Assembly (NCBI GenBank): GCA_045639725.1
Contig: JAZUDR010000328.1
Span: 1 to 52,257, forward strand
Direction of reading: 5' to 3'
Length of the DNA stretch: 52,257 bases
From: Candidatus Avigastranaerophilus sp.
GTDB taxonomy: Bacteria > Muiribacteriota > Ozemobacteria > Ozemobacterales > Ozemobacteraceae
The position numbers and the translations under genes were made by a program. Each line of letters opens with the position of its first letter. Within the stretch, counting starts at the first letter, position 1. Below the pieces are notes generated by a model, which saw only the letters and a program-made list of their open reading frames with translations, did not search any database and was not told the DNA's origin. Below, piece by piece: positions 1 through 8,811 of this stretch.

Positions 1-244
1 GAGCTATGAGCTATAAGCTATAAGCTATAAGCTATAAGCTATAAGCTATAAGCTATAAGCTATAAGCTATAAGCTATGAGCTATAAGCTATAAGCTATAA
101 GCTATAAGCTATAAGCTATAAGCTATAAGCTATAAGCTACAAGCTATAAGCTATGAGCTATGAGCTATGAGCTATGAGCTATAAGCTATAAGCTATAAGC
201 TATAAGCTATTAAGCTTCCTGCTTCAGGCTTCAAGCTTCAAGCT
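1..244. repeat. Heptanucleotide tandem array A: (A/G)AGCTAT x30 followed by 5 reverse-orientation GCTTCNN-type units; truncated by window start
   Basis: Read directly. Units keep perfect 7-bp phase from 1 to 210. The unit is AAGCTAT, with GAGCTAT in units 1, 2, 12 and 23-26 and one AAGCTAC at 134..140. Positions 211..245 read TAAGCTT CCTGCTT CAGGCTT CAAGCTT CAAGCTT, the reverse complement of the GAAGCYN/GGAAGCA units at 35817..36075 and 49579..49611. The last unit ends on the first base of the stop codon (245..247) of the minus-strand ORF. Confidence 0.95.
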
Positions 245-715
245 TTATTCTTCTTCTGGTTTGGTCTTTATGCTGCCAAACAGTTCAGTGCATTTCTTTC
301 TTTGGGAAACAGTTAATTCAGGATACCATCGATACATCAGTTTGTTGGACATGAATTCTGCTGTAATAACAAAACCTTTTCTTGTCTCGATTGCGAACAT
401 GTCTGCGTCTTTCTTTGGTTTACTGAAAGCAAAACCGCGTTCTGCGCAGAATGATTGATAGAATTCACAACACTGCTGGAAGGTAGTCCCGACATTGATG
501 TCACATTCACCAAACAATTCTCTGTTGGCATCGGTCAGACGTTCAGAATATGGTGGCATAGGAAGCACAACATCTACGCCTTTCATATCATAAATCATGA
601 TATTGCCTTTTGCTCTGAAAGATACATATCCAAAATAGCCAAGGCCACAGCAAAGGATGAAAAGTATAAGTGTATTTAAGGCAGCTCCGCCTTTTTTGTT
701 AAAAAAACTATGCAT
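245..715 (-). CDS. Hypothetical membrane-anchored protein (156 aa)
   Basis: The ORF track gives 245..724, starting on GTG. I prefer ATG at 715 because GAGGTG lies 6 nt upstream on the minus strand. There is one N-terminal hydrophobic helix (LNTLILFILCCGLGYFGYV). No family recognised by eye. Confidence 0.55.
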   Translation of the reverse strand: MHSFFNKKGGAALNTLILFILCCGLGYFGYVSFRAKGNIMIYDMKGVDVVLPMPPYSERLTDANRELFGECDINVGTTFQQCCEFYQSFCAERGFAFSKPKKDADMFAIETRKGFVITAEFMSNKLMYRWYPELTVSQRKKCTELFGSIKTKPEEE

Positions 716-764
716 GAATATCACCTCACGTAAAATGTATTATAATATCCATAAAAAGCAAGCA

Positions 765-793
765 TAAAAAAAGCCTGCCATAAAGGCAGGCTT
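765..793 (-). terminator. Rho-independent terminator downstream of the deoxyhypusine-synthase-like gene
   Basis: Stem GCCTGCC (773..779) pairs with GGCAGGC (785..791). On the minus strand it is followed by a T-run (complement of the A-run at 765..771). Confidence 0.75.
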
Positions 794-807
794 CTTTATT
801 GTCTTAA

Positions 808-1788
808 TTACCAGCCAAGAACGTAAGCGAAAAGTAATGGAGCTACGATAGTGGCGTCAGATTCGATAATGAATCTTGGAGTATCTTTAGAAAGCTTACC
901 CCAGGTAATCTTTTCATTTGGAACAGCACCGGAATAAGAACCATAAGAAGTGGTGCAGTCAGAAATCTGGCAGAAGTAAGCCCAAAGTGGAGTGCCCTTC
1001 CAACCAAGATCCTGTTCCATCATTGGAACGCAGCAGATTGGGAAATCGCCAGCAGTGCCGCCGCCAATCTGGAAGAAACCGCAGCCCTGACCGCCGCCGT
1101 TCTTTTTATACCAGTCGCAGAGGAACATCATGGTTTCGATACCATTCTTAATCATAGACTTAGAAGCATCGAATTCACCCTTAATGCAGTGTGCAGTGTA
1201 AATGTTTGCAGTAGTGCAGTCTTCCCAAGCTGGAACTAAAATCGGGATATTCTTTTCACAGGCAGCGAGAACCCAACTGTCCTTTGGATCTATTTCATAA
1301 TACTTTTCAAGAACGCCGCTTCTGAGTAAGCGATAGATTACTTCCCAAGCGAAAAGTCTTTCGCCCTTAGCTTTCATATCGTTCCAAATGTCAACCAGAT
1401 GGTCTTCAAGACGACGGAAAGCTTCTTCTTCTGGGATACAAGTATCAGTTACACGGTTATAGTGATTTTCAAGAAGCTTGTGTTCTTCTTCTGGAGTTAA
1501 GTCACGATAGTTTGGAACTCTGTAGTAGTGATTGTGAGCTACAAGGTTCATTACGTCTTCTTCGAGGTTGTTTGCAGAACAACATACGATAGAAATCTTA
1601 TCCTGACGGATCATTTCAGCAAGTGAAAGACCGATTTCGGCAGTACTCATAGCACCAGCCATAGCAAGCATCATCTTGCCGCCCTTGTTGATGTGTTCAT
1701 CATAAGCCTTAGCAGCGTCCATAAGTGCTGCAGAGTTAAAGTGGCGATAGTGATGACTAATGAATTGAGAAATAGGACCTTTGGCCAT
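808..1788 (-). CDS. Deoxyhypusine synthase-like protein (homospermidine-synthase-type DHS homologue), 326 aa
   Basis: Full-length ORF. Blocks GGKMMLAMAGAMSTAEIG, ISIVCCSANNLEEDV and FFQIGGGTAGDFPICCVP read as the DHS fold. GGAGA sits 7 nt upstream of ATG 1788. Confidence 0.8.
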   Translation of the reverse strand: MAKGPISQFISHHYRHFNSAALMDAAKAYDEHINKGGKMMLAMAGAMSTAEIGLSLAEMIRQDKISIVCCSANNLEEDVMNLVAHNHYYRVPNYRDLTPEEEHKLLENHYNRVTDTCIPEEEAFRRLEDHLVDIWNDMKAKGERLFAWEVIYRLLRSGVLEKYYEIDPKDSWVLAACEKNIPILVPAWEDCTTANIYTAHCIKGEFDASKSMIKNGIETMMFLCDWYKKNGGGQGCGFFQIGGGTAGDFPICCVPMMEQDLGWKGTPLWAYFCQISDCTTSYGSYSGAVPNEKITWGKLSKDTPRFIIESDATIVAPLLFAYVLGW

Positions 1789-1919
1789 TACATTGTCTCC
1801 TATAAAAATAAACTATGTACGGCATAAAATTTCCGACTGTAAATTTATACAACTTAAAGGCTTTAAATGTCAAGAAAAGAATATTTCAGCAGTCTGCTGA
1901 TTGGTTGCCGTAAACTGAA

Positions 1920-4760
1920 TCAATTCTCGCGTAGCGACAAAAGTTCATACAGTGGGAATGTACGGTTAGTGCGACCCTTGATTGCCAAGCGTTCAATGAA
2001 CTGCAGTTTTCCTGCGCCCTGTAAAAGTCTTATTGTGTATGGGCATATCAGAATGCCGGTATTCTGTGCTTTTACAGCCTGAACTTTCAGACGGGCTGCA
2101 AGGTTTACCGGGTTACCAATAACAGTGTAGTCTAATTTTCCGTTTCTTGAGCCTATTTTGCCAGAAACAGCGTCACCAGAAGCTATACCCATTACTAATC
2201 TGAAACCGGGTATCTGATTCTTTAGTTTGTTGTTGATAGCCAGAGCCGTTCTGCATGCATTAAGCGCAAGTCTGTCATTGCTGGTTGTTTTTCTGAAGAC
2301 TATCATTACTGTATCTTCAATCAGTTTGTCTATTTGGCCTTTATTATCTGTTGAAATCTCATCGATAGCGTCTACTAGTTTACCTATTACAGAGGTTATC
2401 GTTTCTGCGGGATACTGGCTTAATTCTTTTTCTCCTTTTAAAGCGCAGAATAGTATGCTGACAGGTATTCTTTCACCGCCTGGCTGTAATTGCATATCGC
2501 TATTTGAAATTTCATTAATGACATCTTGAGAAACATAGTTTGTCATTTTTTCCTTTTGAAGCAAAGCGTCAGTCATTTCGTTGAATGATTCACTCAGTGT
2601 TTCGAATTCATCACGTGATTTCCATTGGATTTTGTTTGTATAATCGCCTTGTCCGACCTTTTCGGCATTTTTTTTCAACTGCTTCAACGGTGTGATGATT
2701 ATGCCGCCAAGAAGCAATGATAAAGCCAATATAAGAAGAAGCGTATATATAAGTATTTTATTTATGTCTACGGAATTGTCGGAAAGTGCATTGCCAGAAA
2801 GCTCTGCAACATTAAATACTATACTGTTCACTTGGCTTATATAGGTTCCGGAAATAACAGTGTCGCCCATATCCCATGTATGATTGTTTTTGGATATTAC
2901 TAATTGATTTGCTTTTTCAATTACCATGTCTATAGGGAATCCGTTTGTCATAATTGTTTTGTCGAGACTTTGAAGCAAGCCATTTTCTGTTAATGGGAAA
3001 ATAGCAGTTTTTATAGAATATTTGCCCATGCGTTTTTCTGAAAATAGGCTGGCTGAGCGCTTTCTTAATACATGCAGCAGATTTTCTGCCTCGAATTTAA
3101 CTACTATGCTTCCTAAGGGTTTTGTTTCATTTGATGATCCTGTGAAAATAGGGAAGACAGAATATAGGGAATTGGGTTCTTCTGCGACTGATGAATAGAT
3201 TTTACCAATGTTTGATATTATCAGACCCATTCCTTCGGGCGAAAAATTCAGGCTTTTTTCCAGTTTATCATATGAATTTATCCTGGAAAAATCTATCTTA
3301 TCAAATGCTTTTTGAAGACCGAAATCTGCAAATCTTTTTACATCATGACTTAATGGGGAAAGAGTAGCATTGGGTTTATTGGTTATTAGATTTTCCTGAT
3401 TGGAATTGTAGCAATAGGAAATTAATTCAGCGTCACTGTCTGGCAACCATTCTTTAAGTTTTTGAACCAGTTCCTCTTCACTTAGATTTATAATACTGCT
3501 TCTAAGATCTGCAATTGATAATTCCTTGTTGCTGATAAATGCTTCTATAGCTTTTTCTATTACTTTCAACTGAATTTGGGTATACTGCTGTATTTCATTT
3601 TTGTTGTATTCCTGTGTATGGTAATAATTGTAATATGCTGCAAGTCCGAATGATGTGAAGGGTATAAGGACTGCTGCCGAAATACAGATTATGACTCTTG
3701 TAAGAATTCTGATATTGCCAGTATAACCAAAGAAAGAAATATTTATCAGCGCAAAGCTTGATAATAAAATCAATAATAATAATGGGAATTTTAAATTGTT
3801 GATTGTTTCTCTCATCGGGTGCTGCAATGATTTTGCAGGAATTGTAATTTTAATCTTTGGAGAGATGCTTTTGAATTTATCTACGTTGAACGGATAATAA
3901 GTATCTTGTGTTATGTAACGGATAACTAATTCTTCAGAAAGCATGCTATATATTGATAACCCATACGACGGATCAAATTCATATTTGTAATATGCTGATT
4001 CCTGCTGTTCTCCAGAAGATACTTCCAGGCTTTTTATATACAACTCATCTGCACTATCCTGATTTGCTGTTTTTATTATTTCTTTTATTGATATGTCCTT
4101 GTTTTTGACTAAGAATAACATATAGTTCTGTTTGTTATCTTTGGTCATAAAGGCTTTAAAATACCCTGTCATTTTTTGCAGTTTTGATTTCCCTGAAAGA
4201 ATAGGGGTTGCATGCTCAGGAATAATTGTTATTCCGCCAGCAGCCAATAAAAACTTTTGGAAATATGCATTATTTCGTTCTATGCTCTGAGAATCTGTTA
4301 TTTGTGAGACTATGCTCTTCATGTATCCTTTTATAGAGGTTTTGGAATACATTCCTAACTCAGATTTCAATTCAGGATAAATGTAAGCGTCTAGTTTTTC
4401 GTTCTCATCATTGAAATAAAACAATGCTGTAATATTTGATTTAAGATGGCGGCTCAGTGAATTCGCTAAGGTATCAGCTGTAAAAGCAGAAGAAGCATAT
4501 TCTGTATTTGGAAAACTTTTTAGCTTATGCTCAATATAATAATCTGTTGTCAGTTTTCTTTGATAATCGTTAATTTCATCAAATAATTGCATTTTGGCTT
4601 TTGATAAAATTCTTTTTTCACCTTCAGACAGAAATGCTTCTGAAACGGTATTCATTCCTAAGTAAGGCAGTATTATCAATAGCAGCCATATAGAAAATAA
4701 TAGAAACTTATTGGAAGTAAGCTTTGCTTGGATTTTAATTTGTTCCTGAATGTTATTCAA
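1920..4760 (-). CDS. Membrane sensor class III adenylate cyclase, HAMP domain, C2-like half-site (946 aa from TTG 4760)
   Basis: Four hydrophobic helices separate two ~300-aa extracytoplasmic segments. HAMP block: IITPLKQLKKNAEKVGQGDYTNKIQWKSRDEFETLSESFNEMTDAL. Cyclase core: VSILFCALKGEKEL (first metal Asp replaced by Ala), DKLIEDTVMIVF, DYTVIGNPVNLAARL (Thr/Asn/Arg retained). Start choice: AGGGAG lies 7 nt upstream of TTG 4760 and gives an 8-nt overlap with the upstream gene. The track start ATG 4835 would overlap by 83 nt. Confidence 0.8.
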   Translation of the reverse strand: MNNIQEQIKIQAKLTSNKFLLFSIWLLLIILPYLGMNTVSEAFLSEGEKRILSKAKMQLFDEINDYQRKLTTDYYIEHKLKSFPNTEYASSAFTADTLANSLSRHLKSNITALFYFNDENEKLDAYIYPELKSELGMYSKTSIKGYMKSIVSQITDSQSIERNNAYFQKFLLAAGGITIIPEHATPILSGKSKLQKMTGYFKAFMTKDNKQNYMLFLVKNKDISIKEIIKTANQDSADELYIKSLEVSSGEQQESAYYKYEFDPSYGLSIYSMLSEELVIRYITQDTYYPFNVDKFKSISPKIKITIPAKSLQHPMRETINNLKFPLLLLILLSSFALINISFFGYTGNIRILTRVIICISAAVLIPFTSFGLAAYYNYYHTQEYNKNEIQQYTQIQLKVIEKAIEAFISNKELSIADLRSSIINLSEEELVQKLKEWLPDSDAELISYCYNSNQENLITNKPNATLSPLSHDVKRFADFGLQKAFDKIDFSRINSYDKLEKSLNFSPEGMGLIISNIGKIYSSVAEEPNSLYSVFPIFTGSSNETKPLGSIVVKFEAENLLHVLRKRSASLFSEKRMGKYSIKTAIFPLTENGLLQSLDKTIMTNGFPIDMVIEKANQLVISKNNHTWDMGDTVISGTYISQVNSIVFNVAELSGNALSDNSVDINKILIYTLLLILALSLLLGGIIITPLKQLKKNAEKVGQGDYTNKIQWKSRDEFETLSESFNEMTDALLQKEKMTNYVSQDVINEISNSDMQLQPGGERIPVSILFCALKGEKELSQYPAETITSVIGKLVDAIDEISTDNKGQIDKLIEDTVMIVFRKTTSNDRLALNACRTALAINNKLKNQIPGFRLVMGIASGDAVSGKIGSRNGKLDYTVIGNPVNLAARLKVQAVKAQNTGILICPYTIRLLQGAGKLQFIERLAIKGRTNRTFPLYELLSLREN

Positions 4761-7700
4761 TGCTAAGCTCCCTATAAAAAACTTCCTGGTTATCTGCTGC
4801 TTCACAGACTTTAAGCTTGTCTGCAACACTTGCATAGGTGTTTTTATCTATGAAAATCTTGCTGGAAACAGCACTTTTGGTCTTTGTTTCCAAGGCTTCT
4901 GCTTCTTTAAGTATTGGGCCCATTAATAGAAACTCACGTCTTCTTGCTTTTTGGCCAGCGAAGCCTATCATGACACTACCGGTTGCAAGACCGATACCGT
5001 TTTCTATAGTAAATAATCCTTGTTTTGCACGTTCTTCATTGAATTGCTTAAGGCTTTCACGCATTTCCAGAGCAGCTTTACATGCATTTAATGCATGGTC
5101 AGGACTCTTTTCTTCGTAAAAGGCTGCTGATATGGCGTCACCAATTATTTTTTCTATTGAACCGCCATACTTGGTAATAGATTTTTCCATTAATGTAAAG
5201 TAATCATTCAATAAAGTTACAACTTCTTCTGGTTCGTTCTTTTCTGAAATAGTTGTGAAGCTTCTTATGTCAGAACTCAAAATAGTTACGTTTGCGCTTG
5301 TTATTGCATTGCCATCATGAGCCGCAAGACTGTTGTATAGCTTGTCGGAAACAAATCGTTTCAGTTTTTCGCGTTCGCAGAGTCCTTCAGCCATCTTATT
5401 AAATGAATCACTGAGTTCTTCCAGTTCATCGCCAGTTTCTATCTCAGTAATTGCATTGAAATGACCACGACCTATTTCTGTTACGAATTTAGTAAGAGCA
5501 TTTATCGGAGCCAGCAGAGCACTTGCTAGAAGATCTGACAGAAGTGCTACAGCTAATATTGCATATAATATCAGTAGCAATGCAAACAATCTGTTAGAGA
5601 AAAAGACAGAATTGTTATCCGGTATTATTGCTACAGCAGCAAAAAGCATTGCACTGTCTGGTATGTAATACCATTTTTTTATTACAGTACCATTTGTGGT
5701 ATGGCTTATCTCTGTATCAGAAGTCTTTTTTTCGACTGCCTTAGTAACTGCTTCTCTAAGATACTGATTATATGGATATGGGGCCTTCAATGGATATATT
5801 TCAGAATGTTCGACCTCTGTATGATTGAAAATGGCGTATTCGATGCAGGTGTTTCCTATTAGCTGTGATAAGAGTGACGGATGCTTTTCTATGACTGTTT
5901 TCCACAAAACCTTTCCAATTTCATAGATTCCTAAGGTCGATAATAGAACTGCATTAGCATTGTTCGGAGTTTGTGGATCTGACAATAGCATATATGAAAG
6001 CTTGTTGCTCAAGGATATGTTCTCACTGGGTATTATATAGCTTTCGCGCGCAAGAATATTTTTGCTGTTGTAAACCTTTGTATATGAGTCTGTATAGCTT
6101 GAAAGCAGCATATATTGCTCATTGTTCTTTTTGTTAAGTGGGCTGCTTTCATCAAGAATATGCATATCGCTCATCATTTTATACATATTAATGATTCTAG
6201 CTAATTTGGTTGAGAAACCATTATGGCTCTTAGAAAATTCCACCAAAAATCCTGATTTGTCTAATAGAAATGCATTTGCCATTGTTTCTGGCTTTTTTAT
6301 ACCTGGTATTACTTTATTTTCTTTTAAAGAACCAAAAAAGTAATCAGTCGTATTTTCATAATACATTTGAGCTATATAACGTTTGAATTCCAAGAACTCG
6401 GTATTGATGTCTATTGACAAATCATCCTTGAACTTATTGAAAAGTGCAAGTCTTTCATTCATCGCATTTTCTATACTGCTATTCTGGAGATTCTGTTCTT
6501 TTTCTGAAACTAGAATATAAATACACCATAAGCCGATAACCGGTATTACTACAGCAATTAAAACAATGGCTCTCACTTTGAGTGAAAGAAAAATCTGTGG
6601 ATTAACGAAATGAAAAACACTATTCAGAAAGATTATTCCCAGCAATGCTATGACAACATATGTAATGACATTACAGTATTTCAGATAGATGAGAAAACTG
6701 TTGTTTAAGTCGCTTTTTGCGATGGAAACAGATATTGCATTGTTGTCTATGAATTCTTTGTATTTCTGATATTCTTCTGGGTTAAAAAGCTTATGACTTT
6801 CTATGCAGTTAGAGAAATAAGAGGGAAAAGGAATCTTATAGGTTATTGTATCTTTGTTCAGTTCCCAGATTGGAAATTTTATTGATTCTTTAATAATACT
6901 TCTAGTTATGGGTAATTCATTGCTTTCAGCTTTGCTATTGGTTATACATTCTAAGAATTTTGAAATTTGAATATCAGAGCTTTTTATGCATACAAAATAT
7001 GTTCCGAGTATTTTTATCGTATTATTGCCTTCTCTTAAGATTAAGGGGCAATAATACTGATAAATATTCTGATTGCCATGATTGCAGGAAAATGAACTAA
7101 AACAAGTCTTAGGGTAGTTTAAATCTGAATTAAACAGGGTTAAGTATTTGGCACACTCAAACATAAATGCGTTGGAACGCGAACCTCTTATAAAATACTG
7201 GCTATTAATACTATTTAGTTTTTGGTTCAAATATTGCCAGTTTGATTTAAGCACAGGTAACACGGTTACAGATCTTGGCAGATACAAGTAATTCCTACCT
7301 AAGAATGCATTTATAAAATTGTTTTTATCAATGTCGTTTTTGAAAATATGGCTCGGATCATCTATTGCAATATCTGTAAAATCGTAATTACTACTAATAA
7401 ATAAAAATGGTTCTATGCCATATTTCTCTTTTATAAAGCGCTTAGATTTTTCTATGAAATCTGATTTTATATAATCCGGCTCAGATTCCTCTGTAAAAGT
7501 GAATTTGAAATTGCGATTTTCTAAGTCGGGAAATTTAAGATATGTCTCAAGATCATTAAAAGCTTTTTTTACATATGATTCAGGCTTTAAATCATCCCGG
7601 AAATTATTCATTTCCCTGAGAAGACGTTCTTTTACCAGTTCTTCATTTATTGAGGACTGGCGTTCAGCAAGCCTATTGAAATAATCTCTTAAATATAATA

Positions 7701-7773
7701 GCGGAATAACTGATAAAATAAAAACAAAAAAGATTCCCAAAGTTTTTGAGAATCCTTTTTGTGTAATTTGCAT
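4753..7773 (-). CDS. Membrane sensor class III adenylate cyclase, HAMP domain, C1-like half-site (1006 aa)
   Basis: Same 4-TM / two-loop topology as the downstream paralogue. HAMP block: LAPINALTKFVTEIGRGHFNAITEIETGDELEELSDSFNKMAEGL. Cyclase core: VTILSSDIRSFTTISE and EKIIGDAISAAF (both metal Asp present), but REFLLMGPILKEAEALE sits where xxYDxxGDxVNxAxRxE is expected, so Asn becomes Lys and Arg becomes Ala. Confidence 0.85.
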   Translation of the reverse strand: MQITQKGFSKTLGIFFVFILSVIPLLYLRDYFNRLAERQSSINEELVKERLLREMNNFRDDLKPESYVKKAFNDLETYLKFPDLENRNFKFTFTEESEPDYIKSDFIEKSKRFIKEKYGIEPFLFISSNYDFTDIAIDDPSHIFKNDIDKNNFINAFLGRNYLYLPRSVTVLPVLKSNWQYLNQKLNSINSQYFIRGSRSNAFMFECAKYLTLFNSDLNYPKTCFSSFSCNHGNQNIYQYYCPLILREGNNTIKILGTYFVCIKSSDIQISKFLECITNSKAESNELPITRSIIKESIKFPIWELNKDTITYKIPFPSYFSNCIESHKLFNPEEYQKYKEFIDNNAISVSIAKSDLNNSFLIYLKYCNVITYVVIALLGIIFLNSVFHFVNPQIFLSLKVRAIVLIAVVIPVIGLWCIYILVSEKEQNLQNSSIENAMNERLALFNKFKDDLSIDINTEFLEFKRYIAQMYYENTTDYFFGSLKENKVIPGIKKPETMANAFLLDKSGFLVEFSKSHNGFSTKLARIINMYKMMSDMHILDESSPLNKKNNEQYMLLSSYTDSYTKVYNSKNILARESYIIPSENISLSNKLSYMLLSDPQTPNNANAVLLSTLGIYEIGKVLWKTVIEKHPSLLSQLIGNTCIEYAIFNHTEVEHSEIYPLKAPYPYNQYLREAVTKAVEKKTSDTEISHTTNGTVIKKWYYIPDSAMLFAAVAIIPDNNSVFFSNRLFALLLILYAILAVALLSDLLASALLAPINALTKFVTEIGRGHFNAITEIETGDELEELSDSFNKMAEGLCEREKLKRFVSDKLYNSLAAHDGNAITSANVTILSSDIRSFTTISEKNEPEEVVTLLNDYFTLMEKSITKYGGSIEKIIGDAISAAFYEEKSPDHALNACKAALEMRESLKQFNEERAKQGLFTIENGIGLATGSVMIGFAGQKARRREFLLMGPILKEAEALETKTKSAVSSKIFIDKNTYASVADKLKVCEAADNQEVFYRELSIE

Positions 7774-7788
7774 TTGATTGTAAATGGC

Positions 7789-8577
7789 TTATTTCTTAGG
7801 TCTTACGTATTTCTTCATGAAACCGTTAAGATTAGAGAAGATACCCATAAGGATATTCACTTCACGCGCAGTTGGAGAAGAACGATGGAAGAATGCTCTT
7901 AAAACCTGGAATAAGTCATCCGGATTTACTAATGGCAGAAATTCGCACATGCTCAGAACACGGGTCATGTGGGCATATAACTTAGCAAGCTCATCAGTAG
8001 TTGCCGGCTGTTCCAATGGATCGTCAGCCTGAGCTTTCTTTAATGGAACTGGATTACCGAACTTCTGGAATAATTCATAAGCTATCAGTAATACAGCCTG
8101 AGAAAGGTTGAGAGAAGTGCACGCAGTATCTGTTACTACTCTCATGCAACCCATGCAGTGCTGTAGATCATCCTTGGTGAGACCCCATTCTTCGCGGCCG
8201 AACAGGATAGAAACCGGTCCCTGTGAAAGAACCTTTTCTATTCTTTCCAGACCTTCTTGGACTGTATAATTCGGTTCATGATATTCGCCACGTCTGTTAG
8301 CGGTTCCTAATACCAATACGCTTCCCTGAATTGCTTCGGGTATGGTCTGGAACACTTTTGCATTGTTCAGCAGTTCCTGTGAGTGCATTGCCATTTTTAT
8401 TGCATCACTGTCTATTTCACAACCAGGTCTTACAAGACAAAGATTATGAAGACCAAAATTGTTCATTGCACGACAGGTAGAACCGATATTAAGTGGTCCC
8501 TGTGGTTCTACTAAAACAATACGTATATTATCCAACAGCAGATTCTGCTGTGGTTCTGGAAAATTTCTATCAGTCAC
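7789..8577 (-). CDS. trmJ: SpoU/TrmH-family tRNA (cytidine/uridine-2'-O)-methyltransferase, TrmJ-like
   Basis: The N-terminus IRIVLVEPQGPLNIGSTCRAMNNFGLHNLCLVRP closely parallels the TrmJ N-terminal motif. The SPOUT C-terminal block LNLSQAVLLIAYEL is present. GTG start with GGAG 7 nt upstream. Confidence 0.8.
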   Translation of the reverse strand: MTDRNFPEPQQNLLLDNIRIVLVEPQGPLNIGSTCRAMNNFGLHNLCLVRPGCEIDSDAIKMAMHSQELLNNAKVFQTIPEAIQGSVLVLGTANRRGEYHEPNYTVQEGLERIEKVLSQGPVSILFGREEWGLTKDDLQHCMGCMRVVTDTACTSLNLSQAVLLIAYELFQKFGNPVPLKKAQADDPLEQPATTDELAKLYAHMTRVLSMCEFLPLVNPDDLFQVLRAFFHRSSPTAREVNILMGIFSNLNGFMKKYVRPKK

Positions 8578-8607
8578 TTTTTAACTCCAAAAAATGGGTA
8601 TAAAAAA

Positions 8608-8681
8608 TAGGCCCGCTCGGATTCGAACCGAGGACCCCCACCATGTCACGGTGGTGCTCTAACCAACTGAGCCACGAGCCT
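8608..8681 (-). tRNA. tRNA-Val (anticodon GAC), 74 nt, no encoded CCA
   Basis: Folded by hand on the minus strand. Acceptor AGGCTCG/CGGGCCT (one G-U pair), D arm GCTC-AGTTGGTTA-GAGC, anticodon arm CCACC-GTGACAT-GGTGG (U33, GAC, A37), variable loop GGGTC, T arm CTCGG-TTCGAAT-CCGAG, discriminator A. Confidence 0.9.
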
Positions 8682-8774
8682 TTGAACAAATGCTATGATA
8701 TCATCTCACACCTACTATGTCAATACCCTTTTTTATATATTATAGACTGTTGGCTTTTATATTTGAGGGTTTTG

Positions 8775-8783
8775 TGTTAAAAT
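8775..8783 (+). promoter_or_regulatory. Extended -10 promoter candidate (TGTTAAAAT) for the apbE operon
   Basis: TGn+TAAAAT lies 29 nt upstream of ATG 8812. GGAAGAGG Shine-Dalgarno sequence lies in between. No good -35 box. Confidence 0.4.
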
Positions 8784-8811
8784 CAGCCTACTAATTGGAA
8801 GAGGCATTATT

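Noticed and set aside
1888-1900. CAGCAGTCTGCTG as a terminator hairpin after the downstream cyclase gene.
   Set aside because: After allowing a minimal loop, the usable stem is only about 4 bp, and there is no adjacent T-run. This is not convincing.
4761-4835. The ATG 4835 start for the downstream cyclase, which would overlap the upstream gene by 83 nt.
   Set aside because: TTG 4760 has AGGGAG 7 nt upstream, still precedes the first TM helix, and reduces the overlap to 8 nt. The longer form cannot be excluded without N-terminal data.
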